In this document: positions 33,101-41,076 of the stretch, piece after piece
How the letters are laid out: the number at the start of each line of letters is the position of its first letter
Position numbering within the stretch: the first letter of the stretch is position 1
Assembly (NCBI GenBank): GCA_964519065.1
Contig: CAZFIF010000002.1
Coordinates: 1-45,004 of the forward strand
Origin: an uncultured Rikenella sp.
GTDB taxonomy: Bacteria; Bacteroidota; Bacteroidia; Bacteroidales; VadinHA17
Length of the DNA stretch: 45,004 bases
Reading direction: 5' to 3'
The notes under the pieces: model-generated
Seen by the model: only the letters and a program-made list of their open reading frames with translations
What the model was told of the DNA's origin: nothing
Database searches by the model: none
Made by a program: the position numbers and the translations under genes

Positions 33101-34515
33101 CCAGGCTCGAGGCGGGAAGTATGAAGCTGCGGGTCTCTGCAGGGCAGTTACCGGAGTTTGTCAGGTCAATAGCCGGATCGTTTGCCTCACTGGCGGAAGC
33201 AAGAGAGATTGATTTCACCGTTACTGCAGAGGAGTTGGACACCGACTGTTGGTATGACGCTGACAAGATAGAAAAGATACTCAGCAACCTTCTCTCCAAT
33301 GCCTTTAAGTTCACCCCCGATGGAGGGTCAGTAACCGTGGACCTGATGGAAGACACCCCGCAAAGGGAGGGGGCATCCAGGGTGACGATACTGAAAGTCA
33401 GCGATACCGGACGGGGAATAGCAAGGGATCATCTCGACCGCATCTTCGACCGATTCTTCCAGGTTGACAGCAGTGATGTAAGAGACAGGGAAGGAACGGG
33501 CATCGGCCTCGCCCTGACCCGTGAGCTTGTGAATCTTATGCACGGAGAGATAACAGTGGAGAGCGAACCTGGCAGGGGAACAGCATTTACTGTAAAATTC
33601 CCTATTGACAGAGATAGCTTCAGCGAAGAGGAGGTGGCTGTGGCCGGAATGGCACCCGGTGATTCTGACCGAAGGATAGCGGCGGAGGAAGAACAGGAAG
33701 CGATCGAAGCCGTGAAGGATGAGGAGGAGGCAGCCACCCTGGAGACGGGCATTAAGGCCAAGGATGAAAGCGAGGTGATCCTGGTGGTGGAAGACAATGC
33801 CGACCTGCGTCATTACATCAGGAGCCTGCTTGCCGAAAATTACCTTGTTGAGGAGGCAGTAAACGGGGGTGCCGGCCTGGAGAAGGCCATTGAGATCATC
33901 CCTGACCTGGTTATTTCCGATATCATGATGCCGGTGATGGACGGCATGGAGATGTGCAAAAAGCTGAAGGCCCATCCTGCCACCAGCCACATCCCTGTGA
34001 TCATGCTTACTGCCAGGGCCGACAGGGAGAGTATGATAGAAGGAATCGACGCGGCAGCCGATGATTATATAGTCAAGCCCTTTGATTCTGAAATCATGAA
34101 GGCCAGGGTAAGAAACCTGATCACTCAGAGGCGGGAGCTGCGCAGGAGCTTTGAGAAACAGTTCCTGCTGGAGGCAGATCAGCAGGAGCCCGCCTCACCG
34201 ATGTTCCAGATGCTGCGAGAGATTACGAAGGTCTTTGACAGGCACCTTTCTGAACCGGACTTCAATGTTGAAATGCTCGGCAAGGAACTGAATATGAGCC
34301 GTTCACAGCTGTTCAGGAAGGTCCATGCCATAACCGGCAACACACCCATGGAGCTCCTCCGTCTGGTACGCATGAAGCATGCCGCCCGGCTGCTGAGGTC
34401 AGGCACTATGAATATTTCCCAGGTTACCTATGCCATCGGTCTGCAGAACACCTCACATTTTGCATCGGCCTTCCGTAAATATTTCGGGGTAAGCCCATCG
34501 GATTACGGAAAATAG
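30139..34515 (+). CDS. Hybrid two-component system protein (HTCS): periplasmic propeller/Y_Y_Y sensor, HisKA, HATPase, receiver, AraC HTH
   Basis: 1458 aa. Reg_prop repeats (FIWVGTDNGLNRFDG, ILWIGTSDGLFRF, DLWIGALTGLYRYD, YLWLSTMNGLSRFD). TM segment WWAYAIYFLILAGILLWY. H-box FFTNISHEFRTPLTL. G-boxes VSDTGRGI and GTGIGLAL. Receiver ILVVEDNADLR...SDIMMPVMDG...LTAR. AraC tail LQNTSHFASAFRKYFGVSPSDY. Alternative start at M15 (30181). Confidence 0.93.
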   Translation: MLICPALNLNRGVQMHDKWVHNVICRIGLALLCLPAWALIFSLPVRAQPAGWDITYFSTEDGLSSNHVNCVTKDSRGFIWVGTDNGLNRFDGYTFTTLRLPSGALHPLSTLKVLTVMEDSDSILWIGTSDGLFRFNPVNPLSDIRQYRYLEKPEAHTYRVFQPVWEICEDKNGLFWLICMDPDEGIPGDIRTFDRVTGAFECIFPDSSFTLEEDEAVMRSFATQIFSDSRGDLWIGALTGLYRYDFETGTFERFVPFQESPKPYISWIIRIYEDRFGNFWTSNIYGISQFDRESHTFGKHMPLEVKQTWREGFHSVVYSFGEDSNGYLWMRVNQSLLRLMHQPEGFPDPGNIESYETDFTVVEINPEFSFFLESPWLAWLGVPDRGLCRVTVRRNEFRSIKPTSLNVSGINDRDMVHSLFIGTDDRIWISNDGADNVANYDIANDRLNLYRIFPGESVDDIETDQNGDLWFASRYGNIARATVAGKEDISFTFYHPDLKNPAAITPRHEIYAQRKGEASTHMWEHLLYRERNGTLWFNSGRGIHDRYDRDTGGFIHLDHRTAGYINNDTCPEPEVAGEIWFPSSEGLLRLLPPFTRSDPHTLIPEATIVYRNAPDDDSSLSSDWVRTFHFSKYYEPGTMWIATIRGGLNRMVTTPVEGSGRHEVHFRNYTTADGLCDNNVLGIIEDRRGYLWLSTMNGLSRFDPRTEQFHSFHRKDGLPTNNFGWADPAINSSGELFFPTEAGVLWFHPDSIRINSDVPPVFITGFRINNDPVYPGEKSPLQKEITETQSVELTYKQNFLSFEFAALNFENPERNHYRYLLEGFERDWTYSESRRYVEYRNLKPGSYTFRVQGSNNSGVWNEEGASLAIIIRNPPWQTWWAYAIYFLILAGILLWYRRFLMNREQLKAAVEVERAEKEKIRAIDAFRSRFFTNISHEFRTPLTLVAGPLEDSLKTDRETVPVGKNVLQSMLRNTRRLQRLINQLLDISRLEAGSMKLRVSAGQLPEFVRSIAGSFASLAEAREIDFTVTAEELDTDCWYDADKIEKILSNLLSNAFKFTPDGGSVTVDLMEDTPQREGASRVTILKVSDTGRGIARDHLDRIFDRFFQVDSSDVRDREGTGIGLALTRELVNLMHGEITVESEPGRGTAFTVKFPIDRDSFSEEEVAVAGMAPGDSDRRIAAEEEQEAIEAVKDEEEAATLETGIKAKDESEVILVVEDNADLRHYIRSLLAENYLVEEAVNGGAGLEKAIEIIPDLVISDIMMPVMDGMEMCKKLKAHPATSHIPVIMLTARADRESMIEGIDAAADDYIVKPFDSEIMKARVRNLITQRRELRRSFEKQFLLEADQQEPASPMFQMLREITKVFDRHLSEPDFNVEMLGKELNMSRSQLFRKVHAITGNTPMELLRLVRMKHAARLLRSGTMNISQVTYAIGLQNTSHFASAFRKYFGVSPSDYGK

Positions 34516-34785
34516 GGCAGGTTACAAATCACCGGATGCTGTTCTTGTTGTAATGCGAGGGTAGTGAGCGATAATGGAAAAATCAGCAAGTAGCTGGAAG
34601 ATGAGTGCAAAAGAGTTGAATGCAAATGAATTATCGAAGGAGCATCGTTAACGATTTTAAGGCCATAGCAAAACCAGGGGCTGCCATTGTACTTCCGGGA
34701 CGAGGATGTAAGCTACCTGCTTACTGGCCATCTGGTATGGGGTGTTTAGATGAGAAGACTTTCAGGCAGGCTCTTTGACGGAACG

Positions 34786-36141
34786 CTAATTTAGAATAAT
34801 CGTAAAAGTAGTTGACTTTTCCTTCATTGAGTTCAGCAAAACATCGCCATTCATTTTAAGCATTATTTGCTTGCTAAGGCTAAGTCCAACGCCAGAGCCG
34901 TCATCCTTTGTTGTGAAAAACGGGACAAATATCTGCTCTCTTATTTCAGGAGGTACATGCGGACCATTATTGGTGATCTCAATTCTGGTGGTATTGTTCG
35001 ATTGACTGAGCATGATTATGATCTTTGGATTTTCTGTCTTATGAAAAATAAGGGCTTCGCATGCATTCTTCAAAAGGTTAATGATGACCTGCGACAGGAG
35101 TTTTTCGTCAGTAATAGCCATCGAGTCTTCGGGGATCGATTTTTCCAGTTTTATGGTGTCAAATTTCGAAAATGTACCGGCTGCCACCAGGCTATTCTCA
35201 ATCAGGTCTGACAAGTTAACAGGTGCCAGTTTGGGTACAGGAAGCTTTGTAAATTTCCGATAATTATCGACAAAATGCATTAAACCAAGGCTTCGCTCCT
35301 CAATAACCTTAAGCCCTTTCAGTGTGTTTTGAATTGTTTTGGAATCCAGATCTGCAGGGTCAATGGTTTTCCTGTTGTTAATAAAGTAATTTGAAATAAC
35401 CTGAGATAATGTGGTGATGGGAGCAATATTATTCATAATCTCGTGCGACAAAGTCCGCGCCAGTTTAATCCATGCATCTACTTTACCATTATCAAGCTCT
35501 TTGGTTATATCGCTAACAGCAACCAGCCTGATTATTTCTTTTGAAGTATTGATTTCTGAAAGTTTGAATAATAGCTTTTGTCCATATTGATTTTCAAAAA
35601 TGGCTGATTGTTCATGAGGCTTATGATCTTGATTCATTATAAAATCCGGCAAAACATGATCAATGGCTTTGAGTCCGTTTACATGATGATATTCCTCTAA
35701 ATTTGTGAGCTTTAGCGCTGCGGGATTAATATTTATGACTCTTCCATATTCATTGACTGAAAAAAGCCCTGTAGCCGATTGATCAATGACAGAACGATAA
35801 TACTGTTCCTGGATGCCGATATCTATTTTTGATTGCTTGAAAAGGTTGTTAAACCTTTCTATTCCAGTGTAGACTTCATCGATAGCATTATTGCCTGATT
35901 TGCCCGGGACTTTTATTGAAGTGTCTTCATTTTCAATACCTGATAAGAAAAAGGCCATCCATTGGTTTATCTTGTTGAAATACCTGATAATATTAATAAT
36001 GGCTCCTATCAGTAATAGCAATGTCAACAGCGATAAAGCATAAGCCTGCTTTTCAAAGAATAAAAACGCACCTGCCATCGAAAGCAGAATTGTTATTACC
36101 AATCTTGCTGTAATTGCAAAATAGAAATGCTTATATCCCAT
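34786..36141 (-). CDS. Sensor histidine kinase (NtrB-like) with 2 TM helices, a minimal external loop, PAS, HisKA and HATPase
   Basis: 451 aa. TM1 about residues 8-29 and TM2 about 35-55, separated only by EKQAY. PAS-like SVIDQSATGLFSVNEYGRVININPAA. H-box LARTLSHEIMNNIAPI. G-boxes NLLKNACEA and DDGSGVGLSLS. The start overlaps the upstream regulator stop by 11 nt. Confidence 0.88.
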   Translation of the reverse strand: MGYKHFYFAITARLVITILLSMAGAFLFFEKQAYALSLLTLLLLIGAIINIIRYFNKINQWMAFFLSGIENEDTSIKVPGKSGNNAIDEVYTGIERFNNLFKQSKIDIGIQEQYYRSVIDQSATGLFSVNEYGRVININPAALKLTNLEEYHHVNGLKAIDHVLPDFIMNQDHKPHEQSAIFENQYGQKLLFKLSEINTSKEIIRLVAVSDITKELDNGKVDAWIKLARTLSHEIMNNIAPITTLSQVISNYFINNRKTIDPADLDSKTIQNTLKGLKVIEERSLGLMHFVDNYRKFTKLPVPKLAPVNLSDLIENSLVAAGTFSKFDTIKLEKSIPEDSMAITDEKLLSQVIINLLKNACEALIFHKTENPKIIIMLSQSNNTTRIEITNNGPHVPPEIREQIFVPFFTTKDDGSGVGLSLSKQIMLKMNGDVLLNSMKEKSTTFTIILN

Positions 36142-37495
36142 ACCTCTTAAGCTTTTTGTATATGGTTTGCCGCGTTATTCCAAGATTTTTTGCCACGGCA
36201 CTCATATTGCCTTTTTCCTTATGGATAGAGGCGAGTATCATCTCTCTTTCCATCTCTTCAATGGTTTTGCCGTGAAGCTCTTGCTGCAGATTTATACTGG
36301 TATCAGTTAACAGAAAGCTATTTTCATTTAATACTTTATCGTCAGCAAGAATTACGGCCTTTTCAATTGTGTGTTGCAGTTCCCTTACATTTCCGGGCCA
36401 TTTGTATTTCAGGAGCTTTTCTATTCCGTCCTGATTAATTTTCAGTCCCTGTTTATCGTATTTATTCGCGTATTTAATAAGAAAAAACTCAGCTAACAGC
36501 GCGATATCATTTCCGCGATTTCTTAATGGAGGTAGTTCAATTGTAATGGTGTTGATGCGATAAAGCAAATCCTCGCGGAATAGTCCATCGGCAATCATTG
36601 CATTTAAATCCTTGTTGGTGGCCGATATCAATCGGATATCGATCGGGATTTGAGTATTACTCCCTAACTTGATAATGGTCCTGTTTTGTAGGGTAGTGAG
36701 CATTTTTGCCTGGAGAGATAAGGAGAGGTTTCCAATTTCGTCCAGAAAAAGGGTGCCCTTGTCAGCGGCTTCAAATTTGCCGATCCTCTCCTCTTTTGCA
36801 TCGGTAAAAGAGCCTTTCGTATGACCAAAAAGTTCACTTTCGAATAGAGTGTTGCTTATGGCTCCCATATCAACACAAAGCATAATCTCCTGATTTCGTT
36901 TGGAATAACGGTGTATTTCACGGGCAATCAGCTCTTTTCCTGTACCGTTTTCTCCGGTGATAAGAATATTGGCATCGGTATTGGCTACTTTTTTCACCAT
37001 TTCCATAACCTGCTTCATTGGCTCTGATTGCCCGATAAGAATTTGCGATGATGGCTTAAGTTCTTGTTTTAACGTATTTGTAGTTTTTAATAAGGAAGCG
37101 TTTTCTATTTTGCTATATCTAAGCTTCAGAGAAGCATGTATTGTGCTAATTAGTTTATTGTTATCCCAGGGTTTTAAAATAAAATCGAAGGCGCCTTCTT
37201 TCACTGCTTTTACAGCCAGCTCAATATCGCCATAGGCAGTAATCATAATTATACTAATAGTCGGGTCATATTTTTGAATCTGCCTTAACCAGTAAATTCC
37301 CTCGTTACCATTGTTAATTCCGGCCTTGAAATTCATGTCAAGCAACACAACATCAATGGCATGTTGCTGGATGGTAGAAATCAGATTGTTGGGATTTTTG
37401 AGCGTGAATATCTGGTCAAATTCCGATTGCAGCAACATCTCAAGTGCAGTTAATACACTTTTATTATCATCGAGAATAAGAATCTTACTTTTCAT
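36131..37495 (-). CDS. Sigma-54-dependent response regulator (NtrC family: receiver, AAA+, Fis HTH)
   Basis: 454 aa. Receiver ILILDDN...VLLDMNF. Walker A GENGTGKE. Sigma-54 contact loop GSFTDA (GAFTGA variant). Walker B LFLDEI. R-finger region. C-terminal HTH AKNLGITRQTIYKKLKRYGI. Confidence 0.93.
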   Translation of the reverse strand: MKSKILILDDNKSVLTALEMLLQSEFDQIFTLKNPNNLISTIQQHAIDVVLLDMNFKAGINNGNEGIYWLRQIQKYDPTISIIMITAYGDIELAVKAVKEGAFDFILKPWDNNKLISTIHASLKLRYSKIENASLLKTTNTLKQELKPSSQILIGQSEPMKQVMEMVKKVANTDANILITGENGTGKELIAREIHRYSKRNQEIMLCVDMGAISNTLFESELFGHTKGSFTDAKEERIGKFEAADKGTLFLDEIGNLSLSLQAKMLTTLQNRTIIKLGSNTQIPIDIRLISATNKDLNAMIADGLFREDLLYRINTITIELPPLRNRGNDIALLAEFFLIKYANKYDKQGLKINQDGIEKLLKYKWPGNVRELQHTIEKAVILADDKVLNENSFLLTDTSINLQQELHGKTIEEMEREMILASIHKEKGNMSAVAKNLGITRQTIYKKLKRYGI

Positions 37496-37570
37496 TTTCT
37501 ATACTAAGGTTCGTAAAACAAGGTCTTATTTGCCTGATTTAACGAGTTGTTTGATGTAAAAGTAAAGAGA

Positions 37571-37609
37571 TGTAAACTAAATGTACATCGACTGTAAGAT
37601 ATGTTTACA
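37571..37609. promoter_or_regulatory. Candidate enhancer (UAS) for the sigma-54 activator: nested inverted repeats rich in TGTA
   Basis: TGTAAAC (37571-37577) and its exact inverse GTTTACA (37603-37609) flank the perfect palindrome ATGTACAT (37581-37588) and TGTAAG (37593-37598). The centre is ~85 nt upstream of the candidate -24 element. Confidence 0.4.
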
Positions 37610-37673
37610 CATATTTTTCGTTGTTCCGTCAAAATAAGGTGTATATATCATATATTCAGTCATATAACTTTAA

Positions 37674-37689
37674 TGGCATAAACCTTGAT
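37674..37689 (+). promoter_or_regulatory. Candidate sigma-54 (-24/-12) promoter
   Basis: TGGCAT-aaacc-TTGAT compared with the consensus TGGCAC-N5-TTGCW. The GG-N10 spacing is correct. There are two mismatches, including GC->GA at -12. It lies ~45 nt upstream of the small ORF ATG and points at the transporter genes. Confidence 0.42.
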
Positions 37690-37731
37690 TAATGAAAATA
37701 ATGAAGAACAATCAAACTTACTCAAATCCGG

Positions 37732-37872
37732 ATGCTGATGAATAATATTTTAATCATCCTGTTCATATTAATGACATTTAGCCAAAATGCCCGTTCACAA
37801 CAAACACCTATAGATGAAAAACTGAGAGGAATATTTAAGATTGACTCAACAAAATTAAAAACTGAAATCTAA
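37732..37872 (+). CDS. Unannotated 46-codon ORF encoding a signal-peptide-like small protein
   Basis: Hand translation: MLMNNILIILFILMTFSQNARSQQTPIDEKLRGIFKIDSTKLKTEI*. It has a hydrophobic h-region and a QNA-RS cleavage-like site. Its TAA stop (37870-37872) shares a base with the ATG of the permease (TAATG). It is below the 60-aa cut-off of the ORF track. Confidence 0.4.
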   Translation: MLMNNILIILFILMTFSQNARSQQTPIDEKLRGIFKIDSTKLKTEI

Positions 37873-40211
37873 TGACTATGCTATTCTACAATCTCCGGAT
37901 TGTTCTTAAGGATATTTCACGCTTCAGAAGCCATAATGTAATAAGTATAACCGGTTTGGCTATTAGCTTGGCCTGCTTGTTCGTAATGGGGGCATGGGCT
38001 ATTCAGGAGCTGCAATATGATAGATTCCACAAAGATTCGGAGTTGATTTTTATGGTAACGACTCAGATGAGTTCTGAAAATGGAACTAGTGTGACAATAG
38101 CAGAGACTCCAACGGCATTAGCCAGCGAACTCAAGAATAGAATTCCTTCCGTTGAAGAGAGTTTTAATTTCCTATACTTATATGGGAAAAGAGTCTTACA
38201 GGTTGGTGACAGATTTTATGAGGAAACCGGTGTTGCCGCAAACCCCACTATGTTGGATGTTTTTAATTTCCCGCTGGTAAATGGGTTAATTGATTATCTG
38301 GACGATCCCGATTGTATTTTTATAACAGAAAAACTTGGTAAAAAGCTATTCGCTGATGAAAGCCCGCTAGGGAAAGTTATTAAATATAATAATGCACAAC
38401 TTTTAACTGTAAGAGGTATTCTGAAAGATATTCCCGAGAATTCAAGTTTAAAATTTGATTTTATTATTCCGAAGCAGATCGAGTCTGACAACAATGCAGT
38501 CTGGATGCCCCTTTCTACCAATACAATTATTAAAGTTGCCCCAAAAACCAACATAACTGATTTAAAAAAAGCTGCAAGTGCCATCTGGAGAGAGAATATT
38601 GAATATGAGCAATTAAACATTGACTTACTGCCAATAACAAAACTAAGATATGGCGCTGATTTTGATGTTTTTAACGCTAAACATGGTAATTATCTGAAGC
38701 TCTATTCATTTATTGGGATTGCTTTATTGATATTGATATTGGCTTCTCTGAATTATATCAACTTGATGTCTGCCTATCTGATTAAGAGAACAGATGAAGT
38801 TGCTATCCGCAAAATCAATGGTGCCAGTTCGAAAAATATCTTGAATTATTTTCTCCTGGAATCAGTCGTCAATTCACTTATTGCCAGTGTATTGGCGATT
38901 ATTTTATCTGCTGTATTCATTCGACTGTTTCAATCAATGCTGGACGCCACTATTGCTTCAAAATATTTGATAATCAGCACAATTTCTGGCAGCATTGGTG
39001 CCTTGATTATAATAGGAATAATATCGGGTATATATCCGGCTATGATTACCAGTTCGTTTTCACCTCTCTTAAAATCAAACTCTGACAAGTCATTGACAAA
39101 TAAGGCCGGATTAAGAACTGCTTTAGTAATCAGCCAGTTTATATTATCAATTACCCTTACTATAGTTAGTTTGATAATAATCAGGCAAACCAACTATTTA
39201 AATAATTTTAAACTTGGGTATAATTCTGAAAATATTGTTGAGATATTTTTGCCGACGGAAGGGGCAAATAATTTTACAACGATAGAAAGCAATCTTCTGT
39301 CAAATCCCAATATCAGGCAAGTTTCTTTCGCACGTAATTCACCGGTGGATGTTAGCCCGTTCTTTATTACAGACAATTGGAAATGGGAAGGATCAGCCGA
39401 TGAAACCGCAGCCTCAATTTACGTTTTATCAGTTGATCACTCTTACTTGAACATATTTCAAATGCCACTTCTCAGGGGCAGGAATTTTTCAGCTTCGGAT
39501 AATGATAAGGACAAAGTGATAATTAATGAAACCCTGTCTCATTTACTGGGCTTCAGCGATCCGATAGGCAGAGTAATGTACCGGGGTGATAATACATTTG
39601 AAATTATAGGGGTCGTTAAAGATTTTCATTTTCAAAACCTTTCAAACAGTATTCAACCGCAGTTATTCAGATATAGTGCATCACAAAACAGGATGTTTGT
39701 GGAATTAGGCCAAAATATTGAACAGGGTATAACTGCTATAAAAGATCAATTTGACCAGTTTTATAACCTGCCTTTCAGTTATAGTTTCATTGATCACCAG
39801 ATCAAGGGGCTGTATGCAGCTGAAAGTAAAATTTCACTGGGGATTATAGTATTTACGATTTTAACCATAATACTGTCCTGCATTGGATTGATTGGACTGA
39901 TTACCTTTAATTTAGAGTTAAGAGTAAAGGAGATAGGTATTAGAAAAATATGCGGTTCAAACATTTCTGAAGTTCTTCTTCTTCTCAACAGAGATATTAT
40001 AAAATGGTTCCTGGTGGGATTTATTATCAGTTGCATGTTATCGTGGTATTCTATGACTAAATGGCTCGAGCATTTCTCATTTAAAACTTCTTTGGAATGG
40101 TGGATATTTCTAAGCGGAGGTTTCATTATATTTCTTGTTACCGCTCTTACTACTACCGGGTTAACCTGGAAAGCAGCAAGGCAAAACCCTGTTGAGTCAT
40201 TGAATAAATAA
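37872..40211 (+). CDS. Tandem-FtsX (MacB-like, type VII ABC) permease with two extracytoplasmic domains
   Basis: 779 aa. N-terminal TM, ~220-aa external domain and FtsX 3-TM bundle (EVAIRKINGASSKNIL), then the same arrangement repeated (EIGIRKICGSNISEVL). C-terminal ARQNPVESL. Confidence 0.9.
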   Translation: MTMLFYNLRIVLKDISRFRSHNVISITGLAISLACLFVMGAWAIQELQYDRFHKDSELIFMVTTQMSSENGTSVTIAETPTALASELKNRIPSVEESFNFLYLYGKRVLQVGDRFYEETGVAANPTMLDVFNFPLVNGLIDYLDDPDCIFITEKLGKKLFADESPLGKVIKYNNAQLLTVRGILKDIPENSSLKFDFIIPKQIESDNNAVWMPLSTNTIIKVAPKTNITDLKKAASAIWRENIEYEQLNIDLLPITKLRYGADFDVFNAKHGNYLKLYSFIGIALLILILASLNYINLMSAYLIKRTDEVAIRKINGASSKNILNYFLLESVVNSLIASVLAIILSAVFIRLFQSMLDATIASKYLIISTISGSIGALIIIGIISGIYPAMITSSFSPLLKSNSDKSLTNKAGLRTALVISQFILSITLTIVSLIIIRQTNYLNNFKLGYNSENIVEIFLPTEGANNFTTIESNLLSNPNIRQVSFARNSPVDVSPFFITDNWKWEGSADETAASIYVLSVDHSYLNIFQMPLLRGRNFSASDNDKDKVIINETLSHLLGFSDPIGRVMYRGDNTFEIIGVVKDFHFQNLSNSIQPQLFRYSASQNRMFVELGQNIEQGITAIKDQFDQFYNLPFSYSFIDHQIKGLYAAESKISLGIIVFTILTIILSCIGLIGLITFNLELRVKEIGIRKICGSNISEVLLLLNRDIIKWFLVGFIISCMLSWYSMTKWLEHFSFKTSLEWWIFLSGGFIIFLVTALTTTGLTWKAARQNPVESLNK

Positions 40212-40348
40212 TTCATTGCTAACCTGGGTTATAGGTCAAATACCAGTTCATAAGTAAATAGATAATAGATTAGTACTTATTGTGATTCTTCTATTTCAAT
40301 CGCACAATTACAAACCCTCAGGCACTATAACCATAAAAATCAACATGC

Positions 40349-41023
40349 ATGATAAAAACAGAAAAATTAACAAAAGTATATAGCACCGAGGATGTTGAAA
40401 CCTGTGCTTTGAGAGGTGTGGATATTCATGTCAGGAAAGGTGAATTTGTGGCCATCATGGGTCCTTCCGGTTGCGGTAAATCAACCTTGCTGAATATAGT
40501 TGGTTTGTTGGATAATGCCACAAGCGGGAATTATAGTTTCAACGGAACCGATGTTAGTAATCTTAAGGAGGAAGATCGCACACAGTACAGAAGAGGGAAT
40601 TTTGGTTTTGTGTTTCAAAGTTTCAACCTGATTGACAAGCTAAATGTATATGACAACGTAGAGCTTCCCTTGCTCTATCTTAAAATGAAAGGCTCGGAGC
40701 GTAAAAAAAGAGTCAATGAGGTTTTGAACAGAATGAAAATCGGCCATAGGGCCAGACACTATCCACAACAACTTTCGGGCGGACAACAACAACGAGTAGC
40801 AATTTCAAGAGCCGTTGTAGCAAACCCCGTTATAATTCTGGCAGATGAACCAACCGGAAATCTGGATACAAAAAATGGCATAGAAGTAATGAATCTTTTA
40901 TCGGAACTCAACCAGGAAGGCACCACTATTTTAATGGTGACACACTCTGCGCGTGATGCTGGTTTTGCTCACCGCACTATTAAATTACTGGATGGTCAGG
41001 TAATCAGGGAGAATCGGAATTAA
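40349..41023 (+). CDS. ABC ATPase of the MacB/LolD/FtsE type
   Basis: 224 aa. Walker A GPSGCGKST, Q-loop FVFQSFNL, signature LSGGQQQRVAISRA, Walker B ILADEPTGNLD, H-loop MVTHS. Confidence 0.93.
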   Translation: MIKTEKLTKVYSTEDVETCALRGVDIHVRKGEFVAIMGPSGCGKSTLLNIVGLLDNATSGNYSFNGTDVSNLKEEDRTQYRRGNFGFVFQSFNLIDKLNVYDNVELPLLYLKMKGSERKKRVNEVLNRMKIGHRARHYPQQLSGGQQQRVAISRAVVANPVIILADEPTGNLDTKNGIEVMNLLSELNQEGTTILMVTHSARDAGFAHRTIKLLDGQVIRENRN

Positions 41024-41076
41024 ATTCAGATACCAGTGGATACATACCAGAAAAAGGCCAATAAAAACTGATTCCC

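Noticed and set aside
34516-34785. Looked for a tRNA, integrase remnant or direct repeats marking an island boundary at the compositional break.
   Set aside because: I saw no T-loop (GGTTCGA-type) or cloverleaf-compatible sequence, no ORF above a few codons, and no obvious repeat. The boundary remains unexplained rather than assignable to a mobile element.
37692-37745. 17-codon ORF MKIMKNNQTYSNPDADE overlapping the start of the 46-codon ORF.
   Set aside because: It is too short, has no hydrophobic or other distinguishing feature, and would begin only 3 nt downstream of the end of the candidate -12 element (37689), upstream of the expected transcription start, so it would be missing from the transcript.
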